Positions 38,091-48,071 of a stretch of 64,000 bases of DNA are shown one piece after another (the first letter of the stretch is position 1; each line of letters starts with the position of its first letter). The translations under genes were made by a program, and so were the position numbers. Source of the stretch: a virus. The notes beneath the pieces are model-generated. The model did not search any database. It was not told where the DNA came from and saw only the letters and a program-made list of their open reading frames with translations. The stretch spans positions 27,361 through 91,360 of the IMG/VR virus record IMGVR_UViG_3300017779_004709; one strand, written 5' to 3'.

Positions 38091-39006
38091 AATGATAAGT
38101 TTTATTGTACCTTTTTTTACGATAGAAAAAGATAAACATTTAAACTTAAACGAAAAAGAAGATATGTGGCCAGAAAATAATTCATCAAATATTATTTTTT
38201 CTACCATTAAAACTATTAAGAATATAAACACACTAAAGTGTAAAAAAGAAATTATAATAGTTGATAATAGTCATACATTTCCTGATTTAAAGTTACCTAA
38301 TGTCAGAGTAATAAAAGGATGGCAGGCACTACAACTTAAAGAACTTGAAAAAATACCTGAGTTCATGAATCATAGAGATATACAATTGAGTTTGGATAAT
38401 TTTGGTTGTCAAACTATGTGGGCGTCAATGGCATTTCATTTAGGTATACATGAGTCGAAGGGAGATTATATTGTACTACAACATAACGATACATTTTATC
38501 ATAGGGATTGTATTGATGAAATGATTGCACAACTCGATGAAGAAGAACTTGAATATATAGCAGTTGATAATAAGAAGATATGGTTGTCTACTTATTTATT
38601 AAATAAAGAATTTTTAAATAAATATATTCAAGAATATGAAGATCAAAAAATGGTTATAAAGCCCGAAAGTGGTGGATATGTGAGAACAGAGAAAATAGGT
38701 TTTGCAGATGCGTATTTTTTCCTATGTAAGAGAAAGTTCTTTGATAATTATAATGTAGATTGGTATTACGGTGATACAAATCATGGTGCTACTATCTATT
38801 GTCTTTATAACAATTTAAAGTATCTACACTTAGGACCATTTTATGATAATCCTAATTTCAAAACATTGGATACCTTACACACATATGATTACAAAGACAA
38901 ACCATTTTTAACTCACCTAAAAGGTGGATTTTCAGAGAATAAAATGTCATCTAAGGATTTTGAAGATGAATTTAATAGTTACTTAAAGGAATTAAAAAAT
39001 GCATAA
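38080..39006 (+). CDS. GT2/GT-A-like glycosyltransferase
   Basis: ISFIVP, EIIIVDN, GDYIVLQHND. Confidence 0.7.
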   Translation: MKDKMISFIVPFFTIEKDKHLNLNEKEDMWPENNSSNIIFSTIKTIKNINTLKCKKEIIIVDNSHTFPDLKLPNVRVIKGWQALQLKELEKIPEFMNHRDIQLSLDNFGCQTMWASMAFHLGIHESKGDYIVLQHNDTFYHRDCIDEMIAQLDEEELEYIAVDNKKIWLSTYLLNKEFLNKYIQEYEDQKMVIKPESGGYVRTEKIGFADAYFFLCKRKFFDNYNVDWYYGDTNHGATIYCLYNNLKYLHLGPFYDNPNFKTLDTLHTYDYKDKPFLTHLKGGFSENKMSSKDFEDEFNSYLKELKNA

Positions 39007-39919
39007 TGAACATACCCTATGGGTAGAAAAGTATCGGCCTTCAACACTCGACACTTATATTGGTAATGACCAATTAAAAAGTAAAGTCGCAGTGTATTTG
39101 GAGAGTGGAGACTTACCACATCTTTTACTATATGGAAAGGCTGGTACAGGTAAGACCACTCTCGCAAAACTACTCGTTAATAATATAGATTGTGATTATC
39201 TTTATATTAACGCGTCAGATGAGAACAATGTAGAAACCGTAAGAACAAAGGTTAAGAGTTTCGCCTCCACTATGGGATTCAAGGATTACAAGGTTATAAT
39301 CTTGGATGAGTGTGATTACATCACACCAAACGCCCAAGCCGCACTTCGTAACCTAATGGAAACATTTAGTAAACATTGTAGATTCATCTTGACTTGTAAT
39401 TTTGTCGAGAGAATTATTGATCCGATTCAATCTCGGTGTCAGGCATTTCAAGTAATTCCACCAAACAAACAAGATGTAGCGAAACATCTACATAATATTT
39501 TGACACAAGAGAACATAAATTATGAAAGAGAAGATTTAGGTTTATTAGTCAATAGTGGTTATCCCGATATAAGACGAGTTATCAATGGTGCCCAAAGACA
39601 ATCAGTTGAAGGTATACTAACGATTGATAAACAGAGTATTGTGGAGAACGATTATAAATTAAAATTATTAAAGATTTTAGAAACCCAAGATAAAAAGAGT
39701 GCATTCAACAACATTCGTCAGTTGGTTGCCGACTCAAAGGTTACGGATTTTGCTGATTTATTTCGACTTCTATATGATGAAGTTGATACTTATGGTAAAG
39801 GACATATTGCCGCCTGTATCTTGGTTATTGCAAAATATGAATTAAGTGATGCACAAGTGGTTGATAAGGAAATCAACGCGATGGCAATGTTAATAGAGTT
39901 ATTAGGAATCATAAAATAA
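38999..39919 (+). CDS. Clamp loader ATPase subunit (gp44/RFC small subunit)
   Basis: WVEKYRP, GKAGTGKTT, NASDE, ILDECD, SRC. Confidence 0.93.
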   Translation: MHNEHTLWVEKYRPSTLDTYIGNDQLKSKVAVYLESGDLPHLLLYGKAGTGKTTLAKLLVNNIDCDYLYINASDENNVETVRTKVKSFASTMGFKDYKVIILDECDYITPNAQAALRNLMETFSKHCRFILTCNFVERIIDPIQSRCQAFQVIPPNKQDVAKHLHNILTQENINYEREDLGLLVNSGYPDIRRVINGAQRQSVEGILTIDKQSIVENDYKLKLLKILETQDKKSAFNNIRQLVADSKVTDFADLFRLLYDEVDTYGKGHIAACILVIAKYELSDAQVVDKEINAMAMLIELLGIIK

Positions 39920-39930
39920 AAGGAGTCGTA

Positions 39931-40143
39931 ATGTATTACGAAGCACAAGTTGTATTTACTGAAGAAATAGACACTAAAAATGGAGTTAAGGAAAAGAAAG
40001 TCCGACGCAACTATTTAGTAGAATGTGATTCAGTATCAGTAGCAGAAGCAAGAGTAACTGAATTTTTAAAAGATTCAGCATTTTTCTTCGAGGTAAAGGT
40101 AGCGAAAGAATCTAAGATAGTAGACGTAGTGGAAGCATCATGA
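39931..40143 (+). CDS. DUF4494-like small protein
   Basis: KKVRRNYLVECDSVSVAEARV...ESKIVDV. Confidence 0.6.
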   Translation: MYYEAQVVFTEEIDTKNGVKEKKVRRNYLVECDSVSVAEARVTEFLKDSAFFFEVKVAKESKIVDVVEAS

Positions 40144-40742
40144 ACGGAAAATATTGGGGTGAAAAGAAAACGCCAGTCCGTACGGCAACACAAAATGGTA
40201 ATACCGACAAGCACATTTCGGTTCAAGAAAATAAAATCTATTACTACTCAAGTGTAAACAGAGATAGTGCAGTAGAACTAAACAAGAAGATTGCAGAATT
40301 AGAATCTAAGAGTTTATCCTTATCAAATAGTTTAGATATTGATGCTCCTCCTGTAAAAATAATGATAAATTCAGGTGGTGGTTCTATTGTGGCAGGTATA
40401 TCATCTATGGACACCATAATAAGAAGTAAAGTTCCAATTCATACTTATGTGGATGGATTTGCAGCAAGTGCAGCAACATTCTTATCGGTAGTTGGAACTC
40501 ACAGACTTATGAGTAGAAATTCTTATATGTTAATCCACCAACTCTCAAGTAGTTTTTGGGGAACATATGCTAACTTTGAAGATGAAAAACAAAATCTCGA
40601 CTTGATGATGAAAACCATAAAGGATGTGTATAAGAAGTATACTAAAGTTCCTATGAAAGAACTAAATAGTATACTGAAACACGATTTACTATGGGACGCT
40701 CAAAAATGTTTAGATATGGGAATGATTGATCAGATAATATAA
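40140..40742 (+). CDS. clpP: ClpP-like serine protease
   Basis: INSGGG, AASAA (Ser), LIHQ (His), HDLLW (Asp). Confidence 0.85.
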   Translation: MNGKYWGEKKTPVRTATQNGNTDKHISVQENKIYYYSSVNRDSAVELNKKIAELESKSLSLSNSLDIDAPPVKIMINSGGGSIVAGISSMDTIIRSKVPIHTYVDGFAASAATFLSVVGTHRLMSRNSYMLIHQLSSSFWGTYANFEDEKQNLDLMMKTIKDVYKKYTKVPMKELNSILKHDLLWDAQKCLDMGMIDQII

Positions 40743-41815
40743 TGAAACCACTTTTATCACAATGTTTGATTGGTTATAAGTTTGGTAGAGTGAATGTAGA
40801 TAAAGATTATTTTCTTTGTTGTAGAATTCCACCGATAGGCAATTTTAATGAAGATGGTACTTATAAAGAATTTTGGAATTCTAAAAAATATAATGATTTA
40901 CGGAAAAAATTAAAATATAATTTAGAGAAACAGTCTGCTGAGTGGGATAACCTTTGTTATGAGTGTCCACATTATGTGGAAAATAAAATGTTATCTGAGA
41001 GTGGAGAAATTGTAGATGATTTACCAAAAACAGGACCAAAGACGTTTGATATTGAGGTAGGAAATCCTTGTAATCATAGATGTAATTTTTGTTGGTTTTG
41101 GTCTTATGATATGTTAGAAAATGATGGTCAATGGGATGGTTGGAAAGATTGGGCAAAAAAACAACTTGATTTAGAAACTTATATTTCGATAGTTGATGAT
41201 CTAAAAGAACTCGGTGGGTGTGAAGAAATTTCCATAAGTGGTGGTGGAGAACCATTTATTGTAAAAGATATTATGAAAATGATTGAACACACAAAGAAGT
41301 TAGGGTTTAAAGTTAAAATATTTACTAATTTCTCACGAGTCAATCATGACGATATTGATAATTTTATAAAATGGGGAGTAGATAGATTTGAAGTTAATAT
41401 TTCCGCTGGTACTGAAGAAACTTATTGTAAAACAAGAAAATTAAAATCTAAGGATTGGAATTTACTTATTGATAATCTTACTTATTTAAATGAAAAGAGA
41501 AAAGAATTAAATTTCACATCACCCATTAAATATGTGGTTATCGTAACTAAAGAAAATATAGAAGAAATAGATGAAATTTTTGAATTGGCAATTAAACTTG
41601 GATGTTATTTTATTGATTTTAGAGATTTAGTTTCTAACGGAGTTCATAACGGACAAGAGTTATTACCAAGTGAAAAGCAGGTGGAAGTTTTTAATAAAAA
41701 GTTTTTAATAAATGTAAAAAAGTATAATTTAAAGGAAGTTACTGATGAATATTATTATTATTCAAAGGAAAGAGATTTAGGAGTGTTCAATGAAAGTATT
41801 AGTTATAGGAGATAG
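40742..41815 (+). CDS. Radical SAM enzyme with an N-terminal SPASM/Twitch-like Cys domain
   Basis: CNHRCNFC, SGGGEP; N-terminal C...CC...CYEC. Confidence 0.85.
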   Translation: MKPLLSQCLIGYKFGRVNVDKDYFLCCRIPPIGNFNEDGTYKEFWNSKKYNDLRKKLKYNLEKQSAEWDNLCYECPHYVENKMLSESGEIVDDLPKTGPKTFDIEVGNPCNHRCNFCWFWSYDMLENDGQWDGWKDWAKKQLDLETYISIVDDLKELGGCEEISISGGGEPFIVKDIMKMIEHTKKLGFKVKIFTNFSRVNHDDIDNFIKWGVDRFEVNISAGTEETYCKTRKLKSKDWNLLIDNLTYLNEKRKELNFTSPIKYVVIVTKENIEEIDEIFELAIKLGCYFIDFRDLVSNGVHNGQELLPSEKQVEVFNKKFLINVKKYNLKEVTDEYYYYSKERDLGVFNESISYRR

Positions 41816-42578
41816 TTGTAAAGATGTATTTGTGTATGGTGATATTACACGAATAAGTCCAGAGGCACCAGTACCCGTATTTGTTCCAACAGATACAGAA
41901 AAAAATGATGGTATGGCTCGTAATGTTTCACATAATGTAGAGGCATTAGAAATGCACATTTCTACCATTACAAATAAAAATGGTATTGTCAAAAAACGAT
42001 ATGTGGATAATCGTAGTGGTCAAATGGTATTGAGAGTTGATGAACATGATTATTGTGATAGAATAGATAGAAAAGTTTTAGAAGGTATACGAGATAATAA
42101 ATGTACACCACACTTTGGTTCTGAGACAAATGTTGATGCGATTATCATATCAGATTATTGTAAGGGATTTTTAGAAGAAGAAGATATTCAATTTATTTGT
42201 AATAATAATAAAAATGTTTTTGTTGATACTAAGAAACAACTCGGTGATTTTATTTTAAATGCAGATTTTATTAAAATAAATGAGTTAGAGTATCAAAAAA
42301 ATCACGATGTGTTATCCGATGAAGAATTCAAAGATAAACTAATAGTTACTTTAGGTAGTAAGGGATGTAGATATAGAAATACAGTATATTCTGTTCCCGA
42401 AGTACCAGTTAGGGATGTAAGTGGTGCAGGTGATACATTTCTTGCTGGTTTGGTTCGTGGGTATTTAGATACGGGTAGCATAGTTGAGGGAATAAGATTT
42501 GCACAAAAATGTACTACAATAGTGGTACAGAAACACGGAGTTGCAACCGTAGAATTAAAGGAGTTACAAAATGGCTAA
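41790..42578 (+). CDS. PfkB kinase, HldE/RfaE kinase-domain-like
   Basis: RISPEAPVP, SDYCKG, DVSGAGDTF. Confidence 0.85.
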   Translation: MKVLVIGDSCKDVFVYGDITRISPEAPVPVFVPTDTEKNDGMARNVSHNVEALEMHISTITNKNGIVKKRYVDNRSGQMVLRVDEHDYCDRIDRKVLEGIRDNKCTPHFGSETNVDAIIISDYCKGFLEEEDIQFICNNNKNVFVDTKKQLGDFILNADFIKINELEYQKNHDVLSDEEFKDKLIVTLGSKGCRYRNTVYSVPEVPVRDVSGAGDTFLAGLVRGYLDTGSIVEGIRFAQKCTTIVVQKHGVATVELKELQNG

Positions 42579-42870
42579 AAGAAAATTACCACCACAAGGT
42601 TCACAACCACAACATCAAGTTGATTTATCAAAGGCAGAAACTTTAAAGTGTGAGGCCTGTGGAAATTATCTTTTCATCACATCAAACGTGATTAAGAGAA
42701 TTTCTGCAATAATGTCACCAACAGGACAAGAGGCAATGGTTCCTGTTCAAGTATATAGTTGTGGAAATTGTGGAAAAGTTCCAAAGATTTTTATGCAAGG
42801 TGCTGGTCTTGATACGATAGAAGAACAACCCAAAGAGGATTCGCTATCTCGACCTGACCTTATGGGATAA
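42571..42870 (+). CDS. Zn-ribbon protein
   Basis: CEACG...CGNCG. Confidence 0.7.
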   Translation: MAKRKLPPQGSQPQHQVDLSKAETLKCEACGNYLFITSNVIKRISAIMSPTGQEAMVPVQVYSCGNCGKVPKIFMQGAGLDTIEEQPKEDSLSRPDLMG

Positions 42871-43103
42871 TGTCTTTAAATTTACTTGGACATTATATTT
42901 GGAAAAGAATCCAAAAAGATAATACAGATAACAGAAACATTAAACATAAACCGAGAGAAAGTATGACAGGACTTTATATAGGACCATCTGATATTCAAAG
43001 GTATGTAAATGATTACCTCAACTATGGTATTGATTATACAGGAGATGATAATATATCTGCTGAAGATAGAATAGAAAAGTATTGGGATGATTCCGATGGT
43101 TAA
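42870..43103 (+). CDS. Hypothetical protein
   Basis: TAATG-coupled ORF. Confidence 0.5.
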   Translation: MSLNLLGHYIWKRIQKDNTDNRNIKHKPRESMTGLYIGPSDIQRYVNDYLNYGIDYTGDDNISAEDRIEKYWDDSDG

Positions 43104-43677
43104 AATAGAGGATTTATCATTAGAGATTGCAAATTATTGGACATCATCTAAGATGTTTCAAGAAAACAATACTAATTGTGGGGCTCTGATAGCCTTTGAC
43201 TGGCATGGTGATTGTTTATCTGAAATAAATACTAATATTGATTTACATGATTTAGAAATTGATAATTTTAAATTTCATTCTTTGATATATTTTATTGCTG
43301 AAAATAATTTCAATTATATATTGGGGTTGAGAAATGTTAGATATAAGAATAATCCATCAGAGTCTTGGACTAATAAATTAAAAGAACATTTAAATACAAA
43401 TAGTTTAGATTACGATGAGTATGTGGTTCAACCATGGCCTACATCTATTCCTGAGTTCGATGTTCCTGATAATATTTTTATTTTAAGGTATTCATTTAAT
43501 CCAGATAATAAAATTGATGATTTAGCTGCAAATAATACATTATTCAAAAATTGGATTTTAAAGAGTGATTGGGAAGATAAGTTTATTGAAGAAAGTCCAG
43601 AACTTGAAAAAAAACGAGTTATAGTTTTAGTTAGTGATATTGAAAATTTAGTATTACATAGTGGATATGTCAAATGA
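43096..43677 (+). CDS. Hypothetical protein
   Basis: Coupled ORF of about 193 aa. Confidence 0.55.
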   Translation: MVKIEDLSLEIANYWTSSKMFQENNTNCGALIAFDWHGDCLSEINTNIDLHDLEIDNFKFHSLIYFIAENNFNYILGLRNVRYKNNPSESWTNKLKEHLNTNSLDYDEYVVQPWPTSIPEFDVPDNIFILRYSFNPDNKIDDLAANNTLFKNWILKSDWEDKFIEESPELEKKRVIVLVSDIENLVLHSGYVK

Positions 43678-44354
43678 TACTTTATACCATAGGAGATAGT
43701 TGGACATATGGATATGATTTAGAAAATCCAAAAACAGAATGTTATCCATACCTTTTATCACAAAAATTAGGATGTGATTTAATAAACGAGGGTTTACCTG
43801 CAGCATCAAATGATTGGATGTTTAGAAAATCAATCGAGTGGATATTGAAGAATGATATTTCGAAATTAGAATTATTTATAGTTGGATGGTCTTTTCCTTG
43901 GCGACGAGAGGAGAATTTTAGTTTTTATCATGGTGGTGATCCTAAATCTGAAAGGAAAAATTATGGAAATGGACCTGACGGTGAACCTATTTCCAAGTGG
44001 ATTAGTGAGAATTTATTTGATATGAGATTATCATACATAAAAACCTTTACTTATATCTATACATTACAGGAAATATTAAAAAGTAAAAAAATTAATTATT
44101 TGTTCTATTACCCATTAGATAATTTTTTTATTCAAGATGATATGTACGAAAAAACCATCAAATCTGATGTTCATGATATTTATTTACAGATAGATATGGA
44201 TAGATGTGTGGGTCCTGATTTTGATGGTAATCATGTTATTCCATATGAAGAATTGGCTTGGGGTGGAGGTCCACGTAGACATCCAAATAAAAAAGAAACT
44301 GAGTGGTTGGCAGACCAACTATATAAGTTTATAAAGGAAAATTATGGAATTTAA
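43674..44354 (+). CDS. SGNH-like protein (DUF6071-like)
   Basis: IGDSWTYG, ASND, VGWS, RHPN. Confidence 0.65.
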   Translation: MILYTIGDSWTYGYDLENPKTECYPYLLSQKLGCDLINEGLPAASNDWMFRKSIEWILKNDISKLELFIVGWSFPWRREENFSFYHGGDPKSERKNYGNGPDGEPISKWISENLFDMRLSYIKTFTYIYTLQEILKSKKINYLFYYPLDNFFIQDDMYEKTIKSDVHDIYLQIDMDRCVGPDFDGNHVIPYEELAWGGGPRRHPNKKETEWLADQLYKFIKENYGI

Positions 44355-44757
44355 AATTTATGATACTACAAGATTCGACACGAGTGGTTCACTTGATGAT
44401 GTGGTGTTTTTTGTTAGATATGGGTTTGAAGAAAGTGGTTCATCTACAAAAAGTGGAATGTTCAATGAAAACCAACAATTATATTTTAAAGAATTAGATC
44501 CTGTTGATTCAGATAATTTTGTAAACCATAGTAGTGTACACGAATCAGTAGTAAAAGGGTGGATTCAGAATTCTTATGGTAGTAATTGGGGTTCGCTTAC
44601 TTCAAGTATTCAGACCACGATGACGAATGATTTAAATTCAAGGTCATCTTTAAAGCCAACAACCGTTATCTGGTTTTCCACAGGTTCACAGAATTTAAAT
44701 ACTGAATTATTAGAAAGTGGGAGTACGATTCATACATATAATGATCCTTCAATTTAG
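44344..44757 (+). CDS. Hypothetical phage protein resembling small tail-fibre-associated proteins
   Basis: DDVVFFVRY...NFVNHSSVHESVVKGW pattern; Ser/Thr-rich. Confidence 0.4.
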   Translation: MEFKIYDTTRFDTSGSLDDVVFFVRYGFEESGSSTKSGMFNENQQLYFKELDPVDSDNFVNHSSVHESVVKGWIQNSYGSNWGSLTSSIQTTMTNDLNSRSSLKPTTVIWFSTGSQNLNTELLESGSTIHTYNDPSI

Positions 44758-44771
44758 AGGCTTTAAATAAT

Positions 44772-45938
44772 ATGGTTAAATTTTACTTTGACTTGAATGG
44801 TTATAGTAAACATAGGGTTTCAGACAAGATAAACAAAATAAAGGTTATTGACCGAAAGAAATTACAAGACGGAATAGATACATTTCAGAAAGAATTAGAT
44901 TGGCCACATATGTGGTCAGTTGATGATGCACAAAAACGATTAGATGATGGTTGGTGGTTTTATGTAATAGAGATAAATGATAAATATGTCGGATGGTCTT
45001 GGTTTGATATTAATACAAAAAAATTTTGTAATTTGTATGTTCATAAAGATTTAAGAGATGGTGGTTTAGGTAAAGATTTAGTTTATGTAAGATTAAACGA
45101 ATGTAAGAATCAAGGTGTTGAAAAAGTTTGGATGGAAGTCGATGAATGGAATGTACCTATTCAAAAAATTGGACAAGAACTTGGTTGGACACCAAAGATA
45201 CATTACACTTTTTGGACAGGTGGTTTTGATTCAACCTATTTAATATGCAAATTATTAATAGATAACAAAATTGTTCAACCTATTTATATTGATGATGGAG
45301 TAAATCATGGTGGATACCATTCAAATCCATTATCGGTACAACGAGGTGATAATTCTTATCCAAGACAATCAACCGATATAGAAAAGGATAGGATAGATTG
45401 GTTAGAAAACAAGATACATGAAATCATACCAAATTCTAAAGATTTGTTATTACCATTGATGATTGTAGATAATCCTATAAAAGAGGATAACCACATAAGT
45501 GATGTTATAAAAAAATACAATGAATGGATACCTGAACCATTATTTAAGGATAAAAATGGTAATCCACATTGGTTAGAAGTTCAGGCAGACATACTAACGA
45601 GATTCCAAAAGGAATTTGGTATGGAAGTTTATTACTCTAACGACCACATTGATGGAGAGGTTTGGGAAGCTTTAGATGACGCCATAGAGGATGGAAAGTT
45701 AGATGTGGATAAGTTATCGGATGAGTATAAAGAATTTGAAATATTTAGTGGATTCAATCAACCATTGAGAACCACCAATAAAGAAGAAATGTTAGAGGAT
45801 TCAAAACTACATGGATTTGATGAGTTGTTGTATTACACTTGGACTTGTTGGTATCCAAAAGATGATGAACCTTGTAATGAATGTAAAATGTGTAAGGAGA
45901 GAATAATAGAATGTCGGAACATTGGGGATACCATTTAG
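44772..45938 (+). CDS. GNAT acetyltransferase fused to a QueC-like PP-loop ATPase
   Basis: LYVHKDLRDGGLG; WTGGFDST; TWTCWYP...CNECKMC. Confidence 0.75.
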   Translation: MVKFYFDLNGYSKHRVSDKINKIKVIDRKKLQDGIDTFQKELDWPHMWSVDDAQKRLDDGWWFYVIEINDKYVGWSWFDINTKKFCNLYVHKDLRDGGLGKDLVYVRLNECKNQGVEKVWMEVDEWNVPIQKIGQELGWTPKIHYTFWTGGFDSTYLICKLLIDNKIVQPIYIDDGVNHGGYHSNPLSVQRGDNSYPRQSTDIEKDRIDWLENKIHEIIPNSKDLLLPLMIVDNPIKEDNHISDVIKKYNEWIPEPLFKDKNGNPHWLEVQADILTRFQKEFGMEVYYSNDHIDGEVWEALDDAIEDGKLDVDKLSDEYKEFEIFSGFNQPLRTTNKEEMLEDSKLHGFDELLYYTWTCWYPKDDEPCNECKMCKERIIECRNIGDTI

Positions 45939-46276
45939 TACTTGATTGTAAAAATGGAAGAAAATTAAACGAAGATTCTGAAGAAGATATAAGAGTTTTC
46001 ATTAAAGAACTTGTGGATAAAATTGATATGGTGGCTTATGGTGAACCAAATATAGCTTATCTACCAACACCAAGTAGACCTGAGTGTTCAGGATGGTCGG
46101 TGGTTCAGTTAATCTATACGAGTAGTATTACCTGTCATTTCGCCGATGATAGTGGAGATTTTTATTTAGATGTTTTTTCGTGTAAAAAATTTGAAAAAGA
46201 CATAGTTATAGAATATGTGAAGCAATATTTTTCACCTTTTAGGGTGAAAGAGAAATACTTATTAAGACAATCGTAA
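45911..46276 (+). CDS. speD: Pyruvoyl-dependent S-adenosylmethionine decarboxylase family proenzyme
   Basis: WGYHLVLD, GWSVVQLIYTSSITCH, YLDVFSCK. Confidence 0.8.
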   Translation: MSEHWGYHLVLDCKNGRKLNEDSEEDIRVFIKELVDKIDMVAYGEPNIAYLPTPSRPECSGWSVVQLIYTSSITCHFADDSGDFYLDVFSCKKFEKDIVIEYVKQYFSPFRVKEKYLLRQS

Positions 46277-46297
46277 AGAAACAAAGGAGATACGAAA

Positions 46298-47170
46298 ATG
46301 AAAAGGTTATTATTGATATTAGGAATGGTTTCAGTTCTAACAGCTCAAACGGCAACAATCAAAAATAGTATAATTGGATATACCACTATTAATGAGAAAT
46401 ATGATCCAGAAGGTAGTGATGATAGAAATGGTGATGAATATGACACTGCTATTTCTTTTGACAAACCATATCTTTGGTCATTCATTAAAAGTGATGATTC
46501 AAAATGGATGGCATCCATCTTCGTAGACGCACCTTGGGCAAGAGGTAGTGTTTATGTTGAGGAGTTATTCTATAAACCATATAGTGATAAGTTCACAGTT
46601 GGTTTAGGACGACAAGCAATTCCATTTGGTTCTAATGTTCCATACTTGGATTTAACAAGGGGTGATAAATTTACCTATCAAACACCAACACCTAACGATG
46701 TTGGTTTGTTATATTTCGGAGATGGTATTAGTGTTTATGGTGGAGTTGGTAATTGGTTTATCGAAACCTATCACGGAAACGATATAGAAAATGGATTCGA
46801 GGAATACACAGCAGGTCGTGTGAGTTACGAGTTTGGTGACCACTTTGTTGGTGTATCAGCCGATAACGAAAACAGACAGGCACTTGATATAAGTGGATAT
46901 AGTGAGTTCGTGGATTATGTTACAGAATTTAGAGAAGATTACCAATGGGGAAGAGCCGTTGTTAGACTACCTAATATGTGGCATCTAAAAGGTTTAGGAC
47001 TAATTGGTGGTTTGGAAAGAACCGAAGATGAAACACAGGCACTTTATGGTGTTGTGTATCAGTATGGAGAACCCAATCAATTTGTTTCCGCTGAATTAAG
47101 TGGAGAAGGTGATTTGAGGGTTAAGTTGTATTATGGTTTTAACTTAAAGATAGGAAATAAAAATGACTAA
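46298..47170 (+). CDS. Secreted outer-membrane beta-barrel (porin-like) protein
   Basis: Signal peptide MKRLLLILGMVSVLTA, amphipathic strands, GRQAIPFG, near-terminal YYGF. Confidence 0.6.
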   Translation: MKRLLLILGMVSVLTAQTATIKNSIIGYTTINEKYDPEGSDDRNGDEYDTAISFDKPYLWSFIKSDDSKWMASIFVDAPWARGSVYVEELFYKPYSDKFTVGLGRQAIPFGSNVPYLDLTRGDKFTYQTPTPNDVGLLYFGDGISVYGGVGNWFIETYHGNDIENGFEEYTAGRVSYEFGDHFVGVSADNENRQALDISGYSEFVDYVTEFREDYQWGRAVVRLPNMWHLKGLGLIGGLERTEDETQALYGVVYQYGEPNQFVSAELSGEGDLRVKLYYGFNLKIGNKND

Positions 47171-48071
47171 ATTTTTAAAAGGATTTTTAGCAATAACAGC
47201 TGCAGTATTCGCTTGGTCAACCCTTGAGGTTACTGGTAGTTTTATATTCGCTGAAGGAGCAGGACCCGTATCGGTATTGTCGGTTAGATTTCTAATTGCC
47301 ACATTATTGTTTGCTGGGGTAATGTTATGGAAAAAACAAACAACAGGTGAAAATCTATTCGCCGTGGAAAAGGAAGATAGGAAGAAATTTCTATTAAATG
47401 GTGTAATATTGGCAGCACACTTGTTAGTGTATTGGTTCGCTTGGGAACTACTCGACCCGAACCTACCTGTAATTTACGCACTATTCTATATATATCCATT
47501 TATATTGTGTTTGATTTCCATATTTTACTATGGAGAGAAGTTCAGTAAAAATAGAAAACTCGCATTAGGATTGGGAACTCTTGGTTGTGCGTTCGCTATT
47601 GAACTGATACCAGCATTCTCACTTGAAGCCCTAAACACCAAAGGTGTATTATTGGGTGTGGCAGCTGGATTATCTTGGGTAGCATACTTGTTAGTAGGAC
47701 AGGATATAATGAGAAAATATAAACCACTTACGATTGTATTTTATGACTTTCTACAAGTGTTTGTTTATGTTTCATTATTCCAATCACCCATGACAACACT
47801 TTCAGAGGTAACATTTAACGGATTACTGGCAATCGCTTACATTTCAGTAGTGGCAAGTTTTATTGCTTATCTATGTTATTGGATAGCAGTTAAGAATATT
47901 GGAGCAACCAATACAGGAATTGCTGAATTGGGAACACCGATATTTGGAGTAACACTCGGTTATTTTTTCTTAGCTATGTCACCATCATTGTGGCAGATAG
48001 CTGGACTTGTGATGATTTCAAGTGGATTGTACCTAATCTACAATGAAAAACAAGTCGTATATGATCAATGA
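47163..48071 (+). CDS. DMT/EamA family transporter
   Basis: About 10 TM segments, RFLIA, YGEK, AYLCYW.AVKNIGA, two-repeat EamA pattern. Confidence 0.9.
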   Translation: MTKFLKGFLAITAAVFAWSTLEVTGSFIFAEGAGPVSVLSVRFLIATLLFAGVMLWKKQTTGENLFAVEKEDRKKFLLNGVILAAHLLVYWFAWELLDPNLPVIYALFYIYPFILCLISIFYYGEKFSKNRKLALGLGTLGCAFAIELIPAFSLEALNTKGVLLGVAAGLSWVAYLLVGQDIMRKYKPLTIVFYDFLQVFVYVSLFQSPMTTLSEVTFNGLLAIAYISVVASFIAYLCYWIAVKNIGATNTGIAELGTPIFGVTLGYFFLAMSPSLWQIAGLVMISSGLYLIYNEKQVVYDQ

